A stretch of 64,000 bases of DNA from Patescibacteria group bacterium (GTDB taxonomy: Bacteria > Patescibacteriota > Microgenomatia > UBA10105 > UBA927). Shown in pieces: positions 63,679 through 64,000 of the stretch. The position numbers and the translations under genes were made by a program. Under the pieces are notes generated by a model. It ran no database searches, was not told the DNA's origin, and saw only the letters and a list, made by a program, of their open reading frames with translations. The DNA is taken from the NCBI GenBank assembly GCA_035510735.1, contig DATKGN010000006.1, forward strand, positions 1,429 through 65,428, read 5' to 3'. Each line of letters begins with the position of its first letter. The first letter of the stretch is position 1.

Positions 63679-63987
63679 TTAATTCAGTAACCCCGCAATC
63701 TCAAATTCATTAGATCCTAATGTTTTTTTCATGAGTTTATCCCTGGCAATAGGTGATAAAGTAATTATTTGACTATAGCTCGTAGCGCTTGATCTTTCTC
63801 TATCACCTATTACCGTTTGCGTACCTTTTGTAGTTACGTATTTTTCTGGGACGTTCATTCCTCCGTGACAAATTATTAAATTTCCAGAATCAGAGTCTAT
63901 ATGTAAATTTAAAACTCCACCACCTTTTTTTGGACAACCAGGCACCTCAATGTTTCCTATTAAGCCTTTTTCATTAATTATTTGCAC
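63679..63987 (-). CDS. hypothetical protein (N-terminus may extend past window end)
   Basis: 102-aa ORF close to window edge. Confidence 0.25.
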   Translation of the reverse strand: MQIINEKGLIGNIEVPGCPKKGGGVLNLHIDSDSGNLIICHGGMNVPEKYVTTKGTQTVIGDRERSSATSYSQIITLSPIARDKLMKKTLGSNEFEIAGLLN

Positions 63988-64000
63988 GGTATTGTCTACG

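Overview
64 kb bacterial chromosomal window with two distinct parts. (A) Positions 1-15.5 kb are an AT-rich accessory/defence island, whose left edge lies outside the window. It contains a DUF2958 protein, a complete Type III restriction-modification system (mod+res), a SIR2-HerA anti-phage pair, and a tightly packed downstream run of poorly characterised genes: a Cas4-like PD-(D/E)xK nuclease, a small membrane protein, an AbiV-like protein, a second PD-(D/E)xK-motif protein and an HTH regulator. On the minus strand it carries a large serine recombinase operon with a single-HKD phospholipase-D-family nuclease, plus a PRTase-like gene that looks frameshifted. The island ends next to a tRNA-like T-arm/acceptor mini-hairpin fragment. 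(B) Positions 15.6-64 kb are mostly core genes. These include a membrane glycosyltransferase, a GC-rich islet with two DUF1801 genes, PAS/FIST signalling genes, nth, hydrolases, DegV, FemAB, a GH125 mannosidase, an alpha-glucan phosphorylase, rplS, and a long minus-strand nucleotide cluster (pyrG, upp, pyrE, pyrF, LOG-family, pyrD, pyrC, pyrB, carB, carA, an amidohydrolase, argG). The cluster is followed by a CBS protein, a complete F0F1 ATP synthase operon (atpZ-B-E-F-H-A-G-D-C), dnaE, and a 598-aa orphan gene flanked by perfect 31-bp direct repeats. Features not explained by gene calls: a family of GC-rich hairpin repeats with TGTCAT...ATGACA termini 8-12 nt upstream of the rplS, pyrC and dnaE start codons and 58 nt upstream of pyrG; an ArgG with a C-terminal MGS-like (CarB allosteric-type) domain; a leader-ORF + intrinsic terminator abutting the argG start; a frameshifted gene remnant at an A6 tract; and intergenic tandem repeats between atpD and atpC. 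No CRISPR array, rRNA or complete tRNA was seen. All calls are from reading the sequence and ORF translations; no database searches were run.
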